This document shows, one piece after another, positions 30,737-40,143 of a stretch of 64,000 bases of DNA (within the stretch, counting starts at the first letter, position 1; each line of letters opens with the position of its first letter). Made by a program: the position numbers and the translations under genes. The notes beneath the pieces are model-generated. The model was not told the DNA's origin. It saw only the letters and a program-made list of their open reading frames with translations, and searched no databases. Source of the DNA: Rhabdothermincola salaria (GTDB lineage Bacteria > Actinomycetota > Acidimicrobiia > Acidimicrobiales > Acidimicrobilacustridaceae); contig NZ_JAJQXW010000001.1 of the NCBI RefSeq assembly GCF_021246445.1, forward strand, positions 868,001-932,000. The letters run 5' to 3'.

Positions 30737-31672
30737 TCAGACCGAGAGCTCCACGCCCAGGACCTCGCGGATCGTGCGCTGGGCCTCGAGGCGCTCCGGC
30801 TCGTCGAGCTCGGCCGCCACCACGCGGTACAAGGTGGTGGCCCGGCGGTCCTCCATGCCCTCGAACTGCGGCAGGAAGTAGGCGTAGAAGACCTCGTAGA
30901 CGAGCCGCGACGGGGTGGGGCCGTCCTTGGCCCGTCGCGCTGCGTACTTGGCGGCGTCGAGGTAGACGGCTGGGCCCAGATCGGTGAACTGGCGCAGGGT
31001 GAGGAGACGGGCGACGATCTCGCCAGGGCCCTTGAGCAGCTCCACGTAGGCGTCGTCGGGTGGCGTGCCGACCTCCACGAAGGCGAACCGGCGCATGAGG
31101 GCGTAGCTCATGTCGAAGAGCAGGTTCTTGTCGAAGACGTTCATGGTGGCGATGATGCGCCAGTTGGCCGGCACCCGGATGGGGTCGGTCTTCTCGGGCA
31201 CCTCCACACCGGCCGGCACCAGCGAGATCGGGTCGGGGGTGCCCTTGCGCTTGAACGGCAGCACGACCGCGGATCCGGCCAGCACGGTGAAGAGCTGGCC
31301 GAACGCGCGGTCGAAGTTGGACCGGTTGAGCTCGTCGATCACCAGCCAGCGGCCGCTCTGGATGGCATCGATGAAGAGGCCGGGACGGTAGATGAGCCCT
31401 TCGGGCGTCGGTTGGAGGCCGCCGATGGTCTCGAACGTCGTCCACTCGCTGGTGGCCGTCGTGGGCAGGTAGCCCGTGCAGAACATGGCCTGGCGGGCCA
31501 CCTCGGCGGCCAGGTAGGCCAGAGTCGTCTTGCCGGTGCCGGGGGGGCCGGTGAGGATCACGTGCTTGCCCGAGTCGATGGCCGCCACCAGCTGCTCGAG
31601 CACGTAGTCGGGGAAGAGCAGCCCGGCGTCGTCGGTGGCGTCCTTGAGAGCGGCCGCGGTGAAGGAGATCAT
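30737..31672 (-). CDS. McrB-type AAA+ GTPase without an N-terminal DNA-binding domain
   Basis: Walker A GPPGTGKT at residue ~41, Walker B IDELNR, McrB signature MNxxD (TMNVFD), ALMRRF. Confidence 0.82.
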   Translation of the reverse strand: MISFTAAALKDATDDAGLLFPDYVLEQLVAAIDSGKHVILTGPPGTGKTTLAYLAAEVARQAMFCTGYLPTTATSEWTTFETIGGLQPTPEGLIYRPGLFIDAIQSGRWLVIDELNRSNFDRAFGQLFTVLAGSAVVLPFKRKGTPDPISLVPAGVEVPEKTDPIRVPANWRIIATMNVFDKNLLFDMSYALMRRFAFVEVGTPPDDAYVELLKGPGEIVARLLTLRQFTDLGPAVYLDAAKYAARRAKDGPTPSRLVYEVFYAYFLPQFEGMEDRRATTLYRVVAAELDEPERLEAQRTIREVLGVELSV

Positions 31673-31675
31673 CTG

Positions 31676-32449
31676 CTACCTCTCGACCTCGTGGTGGTCG
31701 GGGTTGAGCGCGGGATGCGGGAGCCCCGGGCTCGTGCGGGCGTCGAGGATCTCGGCCAGCACGGCGTAGGGGCCCACTCCGACAAGCCGCTCGATGTCGG
31801 CCCGGCACGCCTGGTAGACCGCCTCGTGGCCGACGAAGGCCGTCGGGTCCTCGGTGCACCACCAGTGGAAGTCGTCGCCCCCCGCGCCCCAGTCGCGCCG
31901 CTTCCACTCTCGCAGGATGTAGGTGAGGTGGTCGTTGTCGTCGCGGTGGTAGTCGAGGCGGAACGGGACCTGCCAGCACACCTCGGGCTTCCAGTCGAGG
32001 AAGCTCTCGCCCCGGCGCAGTGCGGCCTGGTGCAGGGCGCAGCCGGCGCCGGTGGGGAAACCCGGACGGTTCAAGAAGATGCAGGCGTCGTCGACGACGT
32101 GGGTCTGCCAGGTGCCCTGCTCGTTGCGGTACACGGGGCCTCCGACCGCCTCTGCCTCGGCGGCGTACTGCCACTCGTCGTCACCCAGGAGAGCGGCGTA
32201 GGCGAGCGTGCGCTTGCGGTCCTTCTTGCCGGTGAAGTGGGCCCCCCAGCTGCAACAGCCCAACTCGCGCTCGATGTCGGGTTCCTCACCGATGCCGGGG
32301 CAGCCGTCGCCGTAGATGCACGTCCAGTTCGACGACAAGAAGGTCACGTCGAAGGTGTAGGTGTCACCTCCGTGGTCGAACGAGAGCCACTCGTGCACGT
32401 CGCCGGCCCCGGCGGGCACGACTGGGATCGGCAGGGATGTTCGAGCCAC
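31676..32449 (-). CDS. Cys-rich Fe-S/Zn-binding protein (DUF3109/YkgJ-like)
   Basis: WTCIYGDGC..GCCSWG..ACIFL..GCALH..KPEVCWQVP..WWC motif series. Confidence 0.75.
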   Translation of the reverse strand: MARTSLPIPVVPAGAGDVHEWLSFDHGGDTYTFDVTFLSSNWTCIYGDGCPGIGEEPDIERELGCCSWGAHFTGKKDRKRTLAYAALLGDDEWQYAAEAEAVGGPVYRNEQGTWQTHVVDDACIFLNRPGFPTGAGCALHQAALRRGESFLDWKPEVCWQVPFRLDYHRDDNDHLTYILREWKRRDWGAGGDDFHWWCTEDPTAFVGHEAVYQACRADIERLVGVGPYAVLAEILDARTSPGLPHPALNPDHHEVER

Positions 32450-32520
32450 GACGGGAGCCTGTCGGTCGACGGTGGGGGGGCGAGCGCAGGCTACCGGGGT
32501 CGATCGGTCAGGATGGGGGG

Positions 32521-32730
32521 ATGGCTGGAGAGTTCGACGACATCCGGGAACGGCTCGAGGGGATCGCCGAGGAGCTGGCCGACCTGGCCATCGTGCGGTT
32601 GCGGGAGTCCATCGATGCCGGCGGCCACGAGCTCCCCGTCGACGAGAAGCGCCTCACGCGGGCCCGACGGGCCGTGGAGAAGGCCGCCAACCTCCTGCGC
32701 ACCGACGAGGACGGCTTCGCCGAGGCCTGA
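32521..32730 (+). CDS. Small helical hypothetical protein (69 aa)
   Basis: Fills the gap between minus-strand genes; GC3-rich codons, amphipathic helices. Confidence 0.7.
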   Translation: MAGEFDDIRERLEGIAEELADLAIVRLRESIDAGGHELPVDEKRLTRARRAVEKAANLLRTDEDGFAEA

Positions 32731-32748
32731 CCCGCGCCCTGCGCCGGA

Positions 32749-33807
32749 TCAGGCCGCGTTGTCGTTGATGCGGTCGATGAGGTGGCGCAGGCGGGCGTAG
32801 CTGCGCCGATCGAAGCCGAACCCGATGCGGGGCAGGTCCGGCACGTCGTCGTCCTCGAGCTCGCTCTCCGACGTGTCGACCACGGCGATCGGCCCCCCGG
32901 TGACCATGTCGCCGAACTCCGCGTTGAGCTCGGCCAGCTCGTCGTCGTCAGGTCGATCGAGCAGGCGCAGGACCAAGCGTCGCCCGACGAAGCGCATGGA
33001 GTGGTAGCGACGGTAGAAGTGGCAGACCTCATCGACGGCCTCGTCGACGTGCTCGCACACCTTCACGAAGCTCATGTCGTCGGGGGAGATCAGCGAACGC
33101 CCGGCCAGCTCGGTCTCGGTGAAGCGCATCCAGCTCTGCCAGTAGGAGCTGCCCTCGGGCTCGATCAGCACCACGGGGCAGATGGGTGAACGACCGGTCT
33201 GCATGAGGGTGAACAGCTCGAACGCCTCGTCGAGGGTGCCGAACCCACCCGGGAGCAGCGCGAACGCCGAGGACTCCTTCATGAACGCCAGCTTGCGGGT
33301 GAAGAAGTACCGGTAGTTCACCAGCTTGGGGTCGTTGGCCAGGATGGCGGCGGCTTCCTGCTCGAACGGCAACATGATGTTGACGCCGAAGGCGGCGTCG
33401 ACCCCGGCCCCCTCGATGCCGGCCTCCATGATCCCCGGGCCGCCACCGGTGATGACCATCCAGCCCTGCTCGGCGATGGCCCGTCCGAAGTCGCGGGCGG
33501 CGCGGTATCCGGGATCGTCGACCCGGGTCCGGGCGGACCCGAAGATCGAGGCCTTGCGGATGTCGCGGTAGGGCTCGAACACGCTGGCGGAGTAGCGCAG
33601 CTCCTTCAGGGCCGAGTTGGCCAGCTTGAGGTCACCCCGGTCGCGGTACTCCCGGCCCATCCGCACCACCGAGACCAGCATCTCGAACAGCAGGTCGTCG
33701 TTGCGATCGATCCCGGCGGTGGCCAGCACCTCGGCGAGGCGACGGTCGAGCTCTGAGTCGCCCGTGCGGTACCGGGAGCGGGCGCTCGGGGTCCGGCGGT
33801 CGCTCAC
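32749..33807 (-). CDS. LOG family nucleotide phosphoribohydrolase (TIGR00730, long form)
   Basis: IFGSAR, TGGGPGIMEA, YFFTRK, PGGFGTLDE. Confidence 0.92.
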   Translation of the reverse strand: MSDRRTPSARSRYRTGDSELDRRLAEVLATAGIDRNDDLLFEMLVSVVRMGREYRDRGDLKLANSALKELRYSASVFEPYRDIRKASIFGSARTRVDDPGYRAARDFGRAIAEQGWMVITGGGPGIMEAGIEGAGVDAAFGVNIMLPFEQEAAAILANDPKLVNYRYFFTRKLAFMKESSAFALLPGGFGTLDEAFELFTLMQTGRSPICPVVLIEPEGSSYWQSWMRFTETELAGRSLISPDDMSFVKVCEHVDEAVDEVCHFYRRYHSMRFVGRRLVLRLLDRPDDDELAELNAEFGDMVTGGPIAVVDTSESELEDDDVPDLPRIGFGFDRRSYARLRHLIDRINDNAA

Positions 33808-36152
33808 ACCGGGGCCGGCGTCACCCGGCCGTAGAGCGTGGTGCGCTGCTCGAGGGTGCGACCCAGGGGCTCGACCCACTGGCGGAAGTCGAGCTCGTCC
33901 ATGCCCTGGCCGTGGTCGGCACCGGCGGCCCGGCTGATGTTCTCGTCCATGAGCGTGCCGCCGACGTCGTTGGCGCCGGCCCGCAGCGTCTGGGCCACGC
34001 CCGCGTGGCCCAGCTTCACCCACGAGGTCTGGATGTTGTCGACGAAGCCGTGGTAGGCGATGCGGGCCACGGCGTGCATGAGCAGGGTCTCCCGGAACGT
34101 GGGTCCGCGGCGGGCCCGGTGCTGCAAGTACAGAGGGGTGGCCATGTGCACGAACGGGAGCGGCACGAACTCGGTGAAGCCACCGGTCTCGGCCTGCAGA
34201 TCACGGGTGCGCACGATGTGGCGGGCCCAGTGTCGCGGTCGCTCGACGGCCCCGAACATGATCGTGATGTTGGAGCGCAGGCCGACCGAGTGGGCGGTGC
34301 GGTGGGCTTCGAGCCACTCGTCGGTGGTGACCTTGTCGGGGCAGAGCACGGCCCGCACCTCGTCGTCGAGGATCTCGGCCGCAGTACCCGGCAGCGTGCG
34401 CAGGCCGGCCGCCTGCAGGCGGCGCAGGTAGTCGGCCAGGGGCTCCCCGAGGCGCTTGGCTCCCTCGGTGACCTCGAGGGCGGTGAACCCGTGGATGTGC
34501 AGCTCGGGGGCGGCGTCGTGCACGGCCCGGGCCACGTCGACGTAGTAGTCGCCGTCGAAGTCGGGGTGGATGCCCCCTTGCAGGCACACCTCGGTGGCGC
34601 CGAGGTCGGCTGCCGCCCGGGCCCGGCCGGCGATGTCGTCGAGCGTGAGCAGGTACGGCGTGCCCCGCAGGTTCAGCGACAACGGGCCCTTGCTGAAGCC
34701 GCAGAACTTGCACTTGAACGTGCACACGTTGGTGTAGTTGATGTTGCGGTTGTGGACGTAGGTCACCGCGTCGCCGTTCACCTGGCGCCGCAGCTCGTCG
34801 GCCACCTCCGCCACGGCTGCCACCTCGGGGCCCCGCGCCGAGAACAGCGTGACGATCTCTTCGATGCCGACCTGGTGGCCCATGGCCACCCCGGCCAGGA
34901 CGTCGGCCACCGCACCGGCACCACCCGGCGGGGCGGGGACCAGCTCCGGCGGTCGGTTCGAGGTGCCGGCGTACCAGGCGGTGGAGCGAGGGCCGATGTG
35001 GAGCACCTCGACCCCGTCGTCGACCTGCTCGGGGCTGGCCGGGCTCAGTTGCTGCACCAGCACTGCGCCGGGATCGTCGCGGCCGAGGCCCTCGGCATCG
35101 GAGCGGTCCATGACCGCGAAGGCGAGATCGGGATCGAACCAGCGCTCAGGCTCGGTGACGTACTCCGGGTGGGCCGTGAGCCGGGGGGCCACGGTGAAGT
35201 CCCGGGCCTCGGTGACCTCTCGGAGCCGGTCGAGCGCCGGCCACGGCCGCTCGGGGTTGACGTGGTCGGCGGTGACCGGAGAGACGCCACCCCAGTCGTC
35301 GATCCCGGCATCGAGCAGGACGCCGAAGTCGTCGGAGAGGTTGGGCGGGACCTGGAGGTGCACCTCCGGGGGCAGGATGAGGCGCGCCAAGGCGATGGCC
35401 TCGAGGTAGACGTCGGGTGGACAGGGCGGCGCCGCGTGCATCGCCGTGCCCGGCTTCGGGAGGAAGTTCTGCACGATCACCTCCTGCACGTGGCCGTGCC
35501 GGCGGTGCGAGGCGGCGATGGCCTCCAGAGCGGCGACGCGATCGGCCCGGTCCTCGCCGATGCCGACGAGGATCCCGGTCGTGAAGGGGATGTGCAGCTC
35601 GCCCGCCCACTCGAGGGTGTCCAGGCGCCGTTGGGGCTCCTTGTCGGGCGCACCCCGATGGCACTCGAGGTCGTCCCGCAAGGTCTCGATCATCATGCCC
35701 TGGGAGGGAGAGACCGGCCGCAGCCGGGCCAGCTCGTCGCGGGAGAGGGCACCGGCGTTGGCGTGGGGGAGCAGTCCGGTCTCGTCGAGCACGAGGCGGG
35801 CCATGGCCGCCAGGTAGTCGACGGTGGAGGCGTGGCCGTGGGCCTCGAGCCATGACGCCGCGCTCGGGTAGCGCAGCTCGGGGCGCTCGCCCAGGGTGAA
35901 CAGCGCCTCGTGGCAGCCCTGGCGTGCGCCGGCGCGGGCGATGGCCAGCACCTCATCGGGTGAGAGGTAGGGGGCCTCGAGGCGGGCCGGGGGTTGGGCG
36001 AAGGTGCAGTAGCCGCACTTGTCCCGACACAGCATGGTGAGCGGGATGAAGACCTTCGGGGAATAGGTGACCCGGTTGCCGTGGGCGAGGTCACGGACCT
36101 TCCTCGCCTCGGCCATCAGATCGTGCAGCGGCTGGTCCCAGGGCTCGGGCAT
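33804..36152 (-). CDS. fbiC: Bifunctional FO synthase (CofG-CofH fusion), F420 biosynthesis
   Basis: Two radical SAM motifs, CRDKCGYC and CTFKCKFC; DDWGGVSP; GGTLMDENISR. Confidence 0.95.
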   Translation of the reverse strand: MPEPWDQPLHDLMAEARKVRDLAHGNRVTYSPKVFIPLTMLCRDKCGYCTFAQPPARLEAPYLSPDEVLAIARAGARQGCHEALFTLGERPELRYPSAASWLEAHGHASTVDYLAAMARLVLDETGLLPHANAGALSRDELARLRPVSPSQGMMIETLRDDLECHRGAPDKEPQRRLDTLEWAGELHIPFTTGILVGIGEDRADRVAALEAIAASHRRHGHVQEVIVQNFLPKPGTAMHAAPPCPPDVYLEAIALARLILPPEVHLQVPPNLSDDFGVLLDAGIDDWGGVSPVTADHVNPERPWPALDRLREVTEARDFTVAPRLTAHPEYVTEPERWFDPDLAFAVMDRSDAEGLGRDDPGAVLVQQLSPASPEQVDDGVEVLHIGPRSTAWYAGTSNRPPELVPAPPGGAGAVADVLAGVAMGHQVGIEEIVTLFSARGPEVAAVAEVADELRRQVNGDAVTYVHNRNINYTNVCTFKCKFCGFSKGPLSLNLRGTPYLLTLDDIAGRARAAADLGATEVCLQGGIHPDFDGDYYVDVARAVHDAAPELHIHGFTALEVTEGAKRLGEPLADYLRRLQAAGLRTLPGTAAEILDDEVRAVLCPDKVTTDEWLEAHRTAHSVGLRSNITIMFGAVERPRHWARHIVRTRDLQAETGGFTEFVPLPFVHMATPLYLQHRARRGPTFRETLLMHAVARIAYHGFVDNIQTSWVKLGHAGVAQTLRAGANDVGGTLMDENISRAAGADHGQGMDELDFRQWVEPLGRTLEQRTTLYGRVTPAPV

Positions 36153-36241
36153 GCCCGAACCCTACTGCCGGGCCCGGGTTCTCCGACCCCTCCGGCACGA
36201 CCGCTCGAGGAGGGCGCTGGCCGCGCCCCGTGCGGGGTCGA

Positions 36242-36913
36242 TCAGAGCCGCGAGGCAGCGGCGGGGTCCACCAACCACACGACGTGGCCGCCCTGCACCC
36301 GGCTGGCGGGTGCCGTCGGGTCGCCGGCCGCCACCCGGGCCATGGCGTCGGCCTTGGCCTCGCCCTCCACCGTGACCACCACGAGATGGGCCCGGGCGAT
36401 CCCCTCGAAGGTGAGGGTCATGCGCGGATGGGGGTTGTGGCCGAGCGGGTCGTCGTTGATGACGACGAGGCGACCGCTGGTCGCTTCGAGCGCCGCCGAC
36501 TCGGGGAACAGCGATGCGGTGTGGCCGTCGGGGCCGAGGCCCAGGTGGACGACGTCGAAGCGACCGAGCTCCCCGACCCGGAGCTGGTAGGGCTCGGCCC
36601 CCTCGTCGCAGCGCATGGGCCACGTCGCGTTGGCGGCGCCGACCCGGTCGAGCAACGCCTCGCGGCCCAGTCGGTAGTTGGAGTCCGGATCCTCGAGCGA
36701 GACGCAGCGTTCGTCTCCCCAGTAGACGTCGACCTGCCACCAGTCGATGGCGTCCTCGCCGTCGACGGCCAGGCGCTCGTAGCAGCGACGGGCCGTCCCC
36801 CCTCCGGACAAGGCGATGCTGAAGGCGTCGCCCTCGCGCTCGCGGAAGGCGTCGACGACCCGTGCCGCGAACGCGCCCGGGACGTCGTCGACGACGACGA
36901 GGTCCCCGTTCAC
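36242..36913 (-). CDS. pgl: 6-phosphogluconolactonase
   Basis: ALSGG, WGDERCV..SNY, LGLGPDGHTASLFP, RMTLT. Confidence 0.93.
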   Translation of the reverse strand: MNGDLVVVDDVPGAFAARVVDAFREREGDAFSIALSGGGTARRCYERLAVDGEDAIDWWQVDVYWGDERCVSLEDPDSNYRLGREALLDRVGAANATWPMRCDEGAEPYQLRVGELGRFDVVHLGLGPDGHTASLFPESAALEATSGRLVVINDDPLGHNPHPRMTLTFEGIARAHLVVVTVEGEAKADAMARVAAGDPTAPASRVQGGHVVWLVDPAAASRL

Positions 36914-38001
36914 CTGAACGTGGCCGCCTTCTGCTCGAGCGCTCCGAGCAGATCGTCGAAGGAGGCCGAGAACGACGCCACCCCCTGGTCTTCGAGGACC
37001 CGGGTGATGTCCGCCAGCTCGACCCCGACCCCGGCCAGCGCCTCGAGCACGTCCTCGGCCGCGGCGGGGTCGGCGTCGACAGTACGGGCCAGGGTGCCGT
37101 GGTCGTCGAAGTCGGCCAGGGTGCCCTCGGGCATGGTGTTGACGGTATCGGGACCGATGAGGGTGTCGACGTAGAGCGTGTCGGGGTACGCCGGGTTCTT
37201 GGTCGACGTCGACGCCCACAGGGGGCGCTGGACCCGAGCGCCCCGTGCCGCCAGAGCCTCCCAGCGCGGGCCGGAGAAGGTCTCCAGGTACGCCTGGTAG
37301 GCGCGCTGGGCGTTGGCGACCGCCACCTTGCCCTTGAGCGCCGCCGCTTCGGGGGTCCCGACGGCATCGAGGCGCTTGTCGGCCTCGCCGTCGACCCGGC
37401 TCACGAAGAACGAGGCGACGGACGAGACGGCGGACAGGTCGCCGTCGTTGGCCTCGAGCCCGGAGAGGTAGGCCTCCATCACCTCGCGGTAGCGCTCGAC
37501 GGAGAACAGCAGCGTGACGTTGACGCTGCGCCCCTCGGTGATCATCTGACGGATGGCGGGGAGGCCTTCGGCCGTGCCCGGGATCTTGACGTACAGGTTG
37601 GGCCGGGCGATGCGCTCGTTGAGCCCTCGCGCCGCCTCCAACGTGCCGTCGGTGTCGCGCGCCAGCAGGGGGGAGACCTCCACGGACACGAAGCCGTCCT
37701 CACCACCGCTGGCGTCGTGGACGGGACGCAGCAGGCCCAGGGCCGCCTCGATGTCGTCGACGACCATCTCCCAGTAGGCGTCGATCACGCTGGTGCCGGA
37801 TCCGACGAGGTCGGCGAACTGGTCGTCGTAGGCCTCACCGCCGGCGATGGCCTTCTGGAAGATCGTGGGGTTGGACGTCATGCCCCTGACCCCGCGGTCG
37901 ATCCAGTCCTGCATCTGGCCGTCCACCAGCCAGTCGCGGCGCATGTTGTCGAGCCAGGGGCTCTGCCCGTGCACGACATGGAGATCGATGAGACGGCTCA
38001 T
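36910..38001 (-). CDS. tal: Transaldolase
   Basis: SPWLD, GMTSNPTIF, YVKIP, NVTLLFS, RPLWAST. Confidence 0.96.
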   Translation of the reverse strand: MSRLIDLHVVHGQSPWLDNMRRDWLVDGQMQDWIDRGVRGMTSNPTIFQKAIAGGEAYDDQFADLVGSGTSVIDAYWEMVVDDIEAALGLLRPVHDASGGEDGFVSVEVSPLLARDTDGTLEAARGLNERIARPNLYVKIPGTAEGLPAIRQMITEGRSVNVTLLFSVERYREVMEAYLSGLEANDGDLSAVSSVASFFVSRVDGEADKRLDAVGTPEAAALKGKVAVANAQRAYQAYLETFSGPRWEALAARGARVQRPLWASTSTKNPAYPDTLYVDTLIGPDTVNTMPEGTLADFDDHGTLARTVDADPAAAEDVLEALAGVGVELADITRVLEDQGVASFSASFDDLLGALEQKAATFR

Positions 38002-38073
38002 GGGTGGATCGCTCCGAGGTTCGATGGGGTCGGGGGAGAGAGAGGACAGGTGGGCCGGGGGCAGCCCGGGAGC

Positions 38074-40038
38074 TCAGCCGGCCGCCAGCAGCATCCGGGC
38101 GTGAGAGACGACGTTGTCGACGGTGAGGCCCAGCTCTTCCATCACCACCGGCCCGGGGGCGCTGGCGCCGAAGTGATCGATGCCGATGGAGGCGTCGGCC
38201 CAGGCGGCCCACCCGAACGTCGAGCCGGCCTCGACCGACAGGCGCGGGGTGCCCACGCCCATGACGGAGACCTGGTAGTCGTCGTCCTGGGCGGCGAAGA
38301 GATCCCAGCTCGGCATGGACACCACGCGAGCGGCCACGCCGTCCGCGGCCAGCCGGGCGGCGGCGTCGACGCAGAGCTGGACCTCGGAGCCGGTGCCGAT
38401 GAGGACCAGGTCGGGATCCCCGTCGGTGGCCGTCAGGACATAGGCACCCCGAGCGACGCCCTCGTTGCCGGCGGTGCCCTCGAGCACCGGGAGGTTCTGG
38501 CGGCTCAGGACCAGCGCCGTCGGCCCCTCGAGCTCGATGGCCAGCCGCCAGGCGGTGGCGGTCTCGTTGGCGTCGGCCGGACGGATGAGGCGCAGGCCGG
38601 GCATGGCCCGCAGCGAAGCCAGGTGCTCGATGGGCTGGTGGGTAGGGCCGTCCTCGCCCACGCCGACGGAGTCGTGGGTCCAGGAGTAGACCACCTTCAT
38701 CTGGCTGAGCGCCGCCAGCCGGACCGCGGGGCGCATGTAGTCGGAGAAGACGAAGAAGGTGCCGCCGAAGGGAACGATGCCGCCGTGGGCAGCCATCCCG
38801 TTCATCACGCCGCCCATGGCGTGCTCACGGACGCCGTAGTGGAGCTGGCGGGCGCCTCGGTCGCTCGTCGAGAAGGCGTCGGCACCGTCGATCTGGGTGC
38901 CGGTGTTGCCCGTGAGGTCGGCACCCCCTCCGATGAGGCCCGGCACCACCGGGACGAGCGCGTTCACGACCTTCTTGGCCGCGTTGCGGGTGGCCACCTT
39001 CTCGCCCGGCTCCCACGTGGGGAGCGCGTCTCGCCAGCCGGGCACGCCGGTGGCCCCGAGGGCGGCGTCGAGGGCCTCACGGTCCTCGGTCCACCCCTCG
39101 TGGAGGGCCTCCCATGCCTCGCGGGCCTCCCGGCCGCGCCGCCCGGCGGCCCGCATGTGCTCGAGGACGTCGTCGGGCACCCAGAACGCCTCGTCGGGGA
39201 TGCCCATGACCGCCTTGGTGGCGGAGATCTCCTCGGCCCCGAACGGGTTGCCGTGGGCGTGCGCCGTGTCGGTGTACTTGGGCGAGGGGTAGCCGATGTG
39301 GCTGCGCAGCACGATGAGCGACGGACGGTCGTCGACGTCCTTCGCCCGGCGCAGGGCCGCCTCGAGGGCGTCGACGTCCTCGGCGATCTCCCCGACCCGG
39401 TCGACGTGCCAGCCGTAGGCCTCGAAGCGCAGGGCGGCATCGTCGCTGAGGGCCAGCTCCGTGGGCCCGTCGATGGAGATGTGGTTGTCGTCGTAGACCA
39501 ACACCAGCTTGCCGAGCCCGAGATGGCCCGCCAGCGAGGCGGCCTCGTGGCTGATGCCCTCCTCGAGGTCGCCGTCGCCGCAGATGGCGAAGGTGTGGTG
39601 ATCGAACAGCTGCGGTCCGAAGCGGGCCCGCAGCCAGTGCTCGGCCAGTGCCATCCCGACCGCGTTGGCGACGCCCTGGCCGAGAGGACCGGTGGTGACC
39701 TCGATGCCGGCGGTGTGGTGCACCTCGGGGTGGCCCGGGGTGGCCGACTGCCACTGACGGAAGTCCTCGAGGTCTTCCAGCGTGAGGCCGTAGCCGGTGA
39801 GGTGCAGCATCGAGTACTGCAGGATCGACGCGTGGCCGTTGGACAGCACGAAGCGGTCGCGGTTGGGCCACTGCGGGGCCGACGCGTCGTAGCGCAGCAC
39901 CCGCGTCCAGAGGGTGTACGCCAACGGGGCCAACGCCATGGCCGTGCCCGGATGGCCGGAGTTGGCCTTCTGGGGCGCATCCATGGCCAGGCCACGGATG
40001 ACGTCGATGGTTCGGGCTTCGAGTGCGCGGTCGCTCAC
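38074..40038 (-). CDS. tkt: Transketolase
   Basis: SGHPG, GDGDLEEG (TPP-binding), GVREHAM, GEDGPTHQP; AGGAGG RBS. Confidence 0.97.
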   Translation of the reverse strand: MSDRALEARTIDVIRGLAMDAPQKANSGHPGTAMALAPLAYTLWTRVLRYDASAPQWPNRDRFVLSNGHASILQYSMLHLTGYGLTLEDLEDFRQWQSATPGHPEVHHTAGIEVTTGPLGQGVANAVGMALAEHWLRARFGPQLFDHHTFAICGDGDLEEGISHEAASLAGHLGLGKLVLVYDDNHISIDGPTELALSDDAALRFEAYGWHVDRVGEIAEDVDALEAALRRAKDVDDRPSLIVLRSHIGYPSPKYTDTAHAHGNPFGAEEISATKAVMGIPDEAFWVPDDVLEHMRAAGRRGREAREAWEALHEGWTEDREALDAALGATGVPGWRDALPTWEPGEKVATRNAAKKVVNALVPVVPGLIGGGADLTGNTGTQIDGADAFSTSDRGARQLHYGVREHAMGGVMNGMAAHGGIVPFGGTFFVFSDYMRPAVRLAALSQMKVVYSWTHDSVGVGEDGPTHQPIEHLASLRAMPGLRLIRPADANETATAWRLAIELEGPTALVLSRQNLPVLEGTAGNEGVARGAYVLTATDGDPDLVLIGTGSEVQLCVDAAARLAADGVAARVVSMPSWDLFAAQDDDYQVSVMGVGTPRLSVEAGSTFGWAAWADASIGIDHFGASAPGPVVMEELGLTVDNVVSHARMLLAAG

Positions 40039-40143
40039 ATGTCCTCCTCGGCGGGCCCCGCGGACTCTAGTGGGCGGCTCCGGGGGCCCGAGATGGCGAT
40101 CACGTGACCGGACCCTGACCAGGCTCCGGTCGGTGTGGACCTC

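Noticed and set aside
36862..40107. 1081-aa plus-strand ORF
   Set aside because: Antisense shadow of tal/tkt
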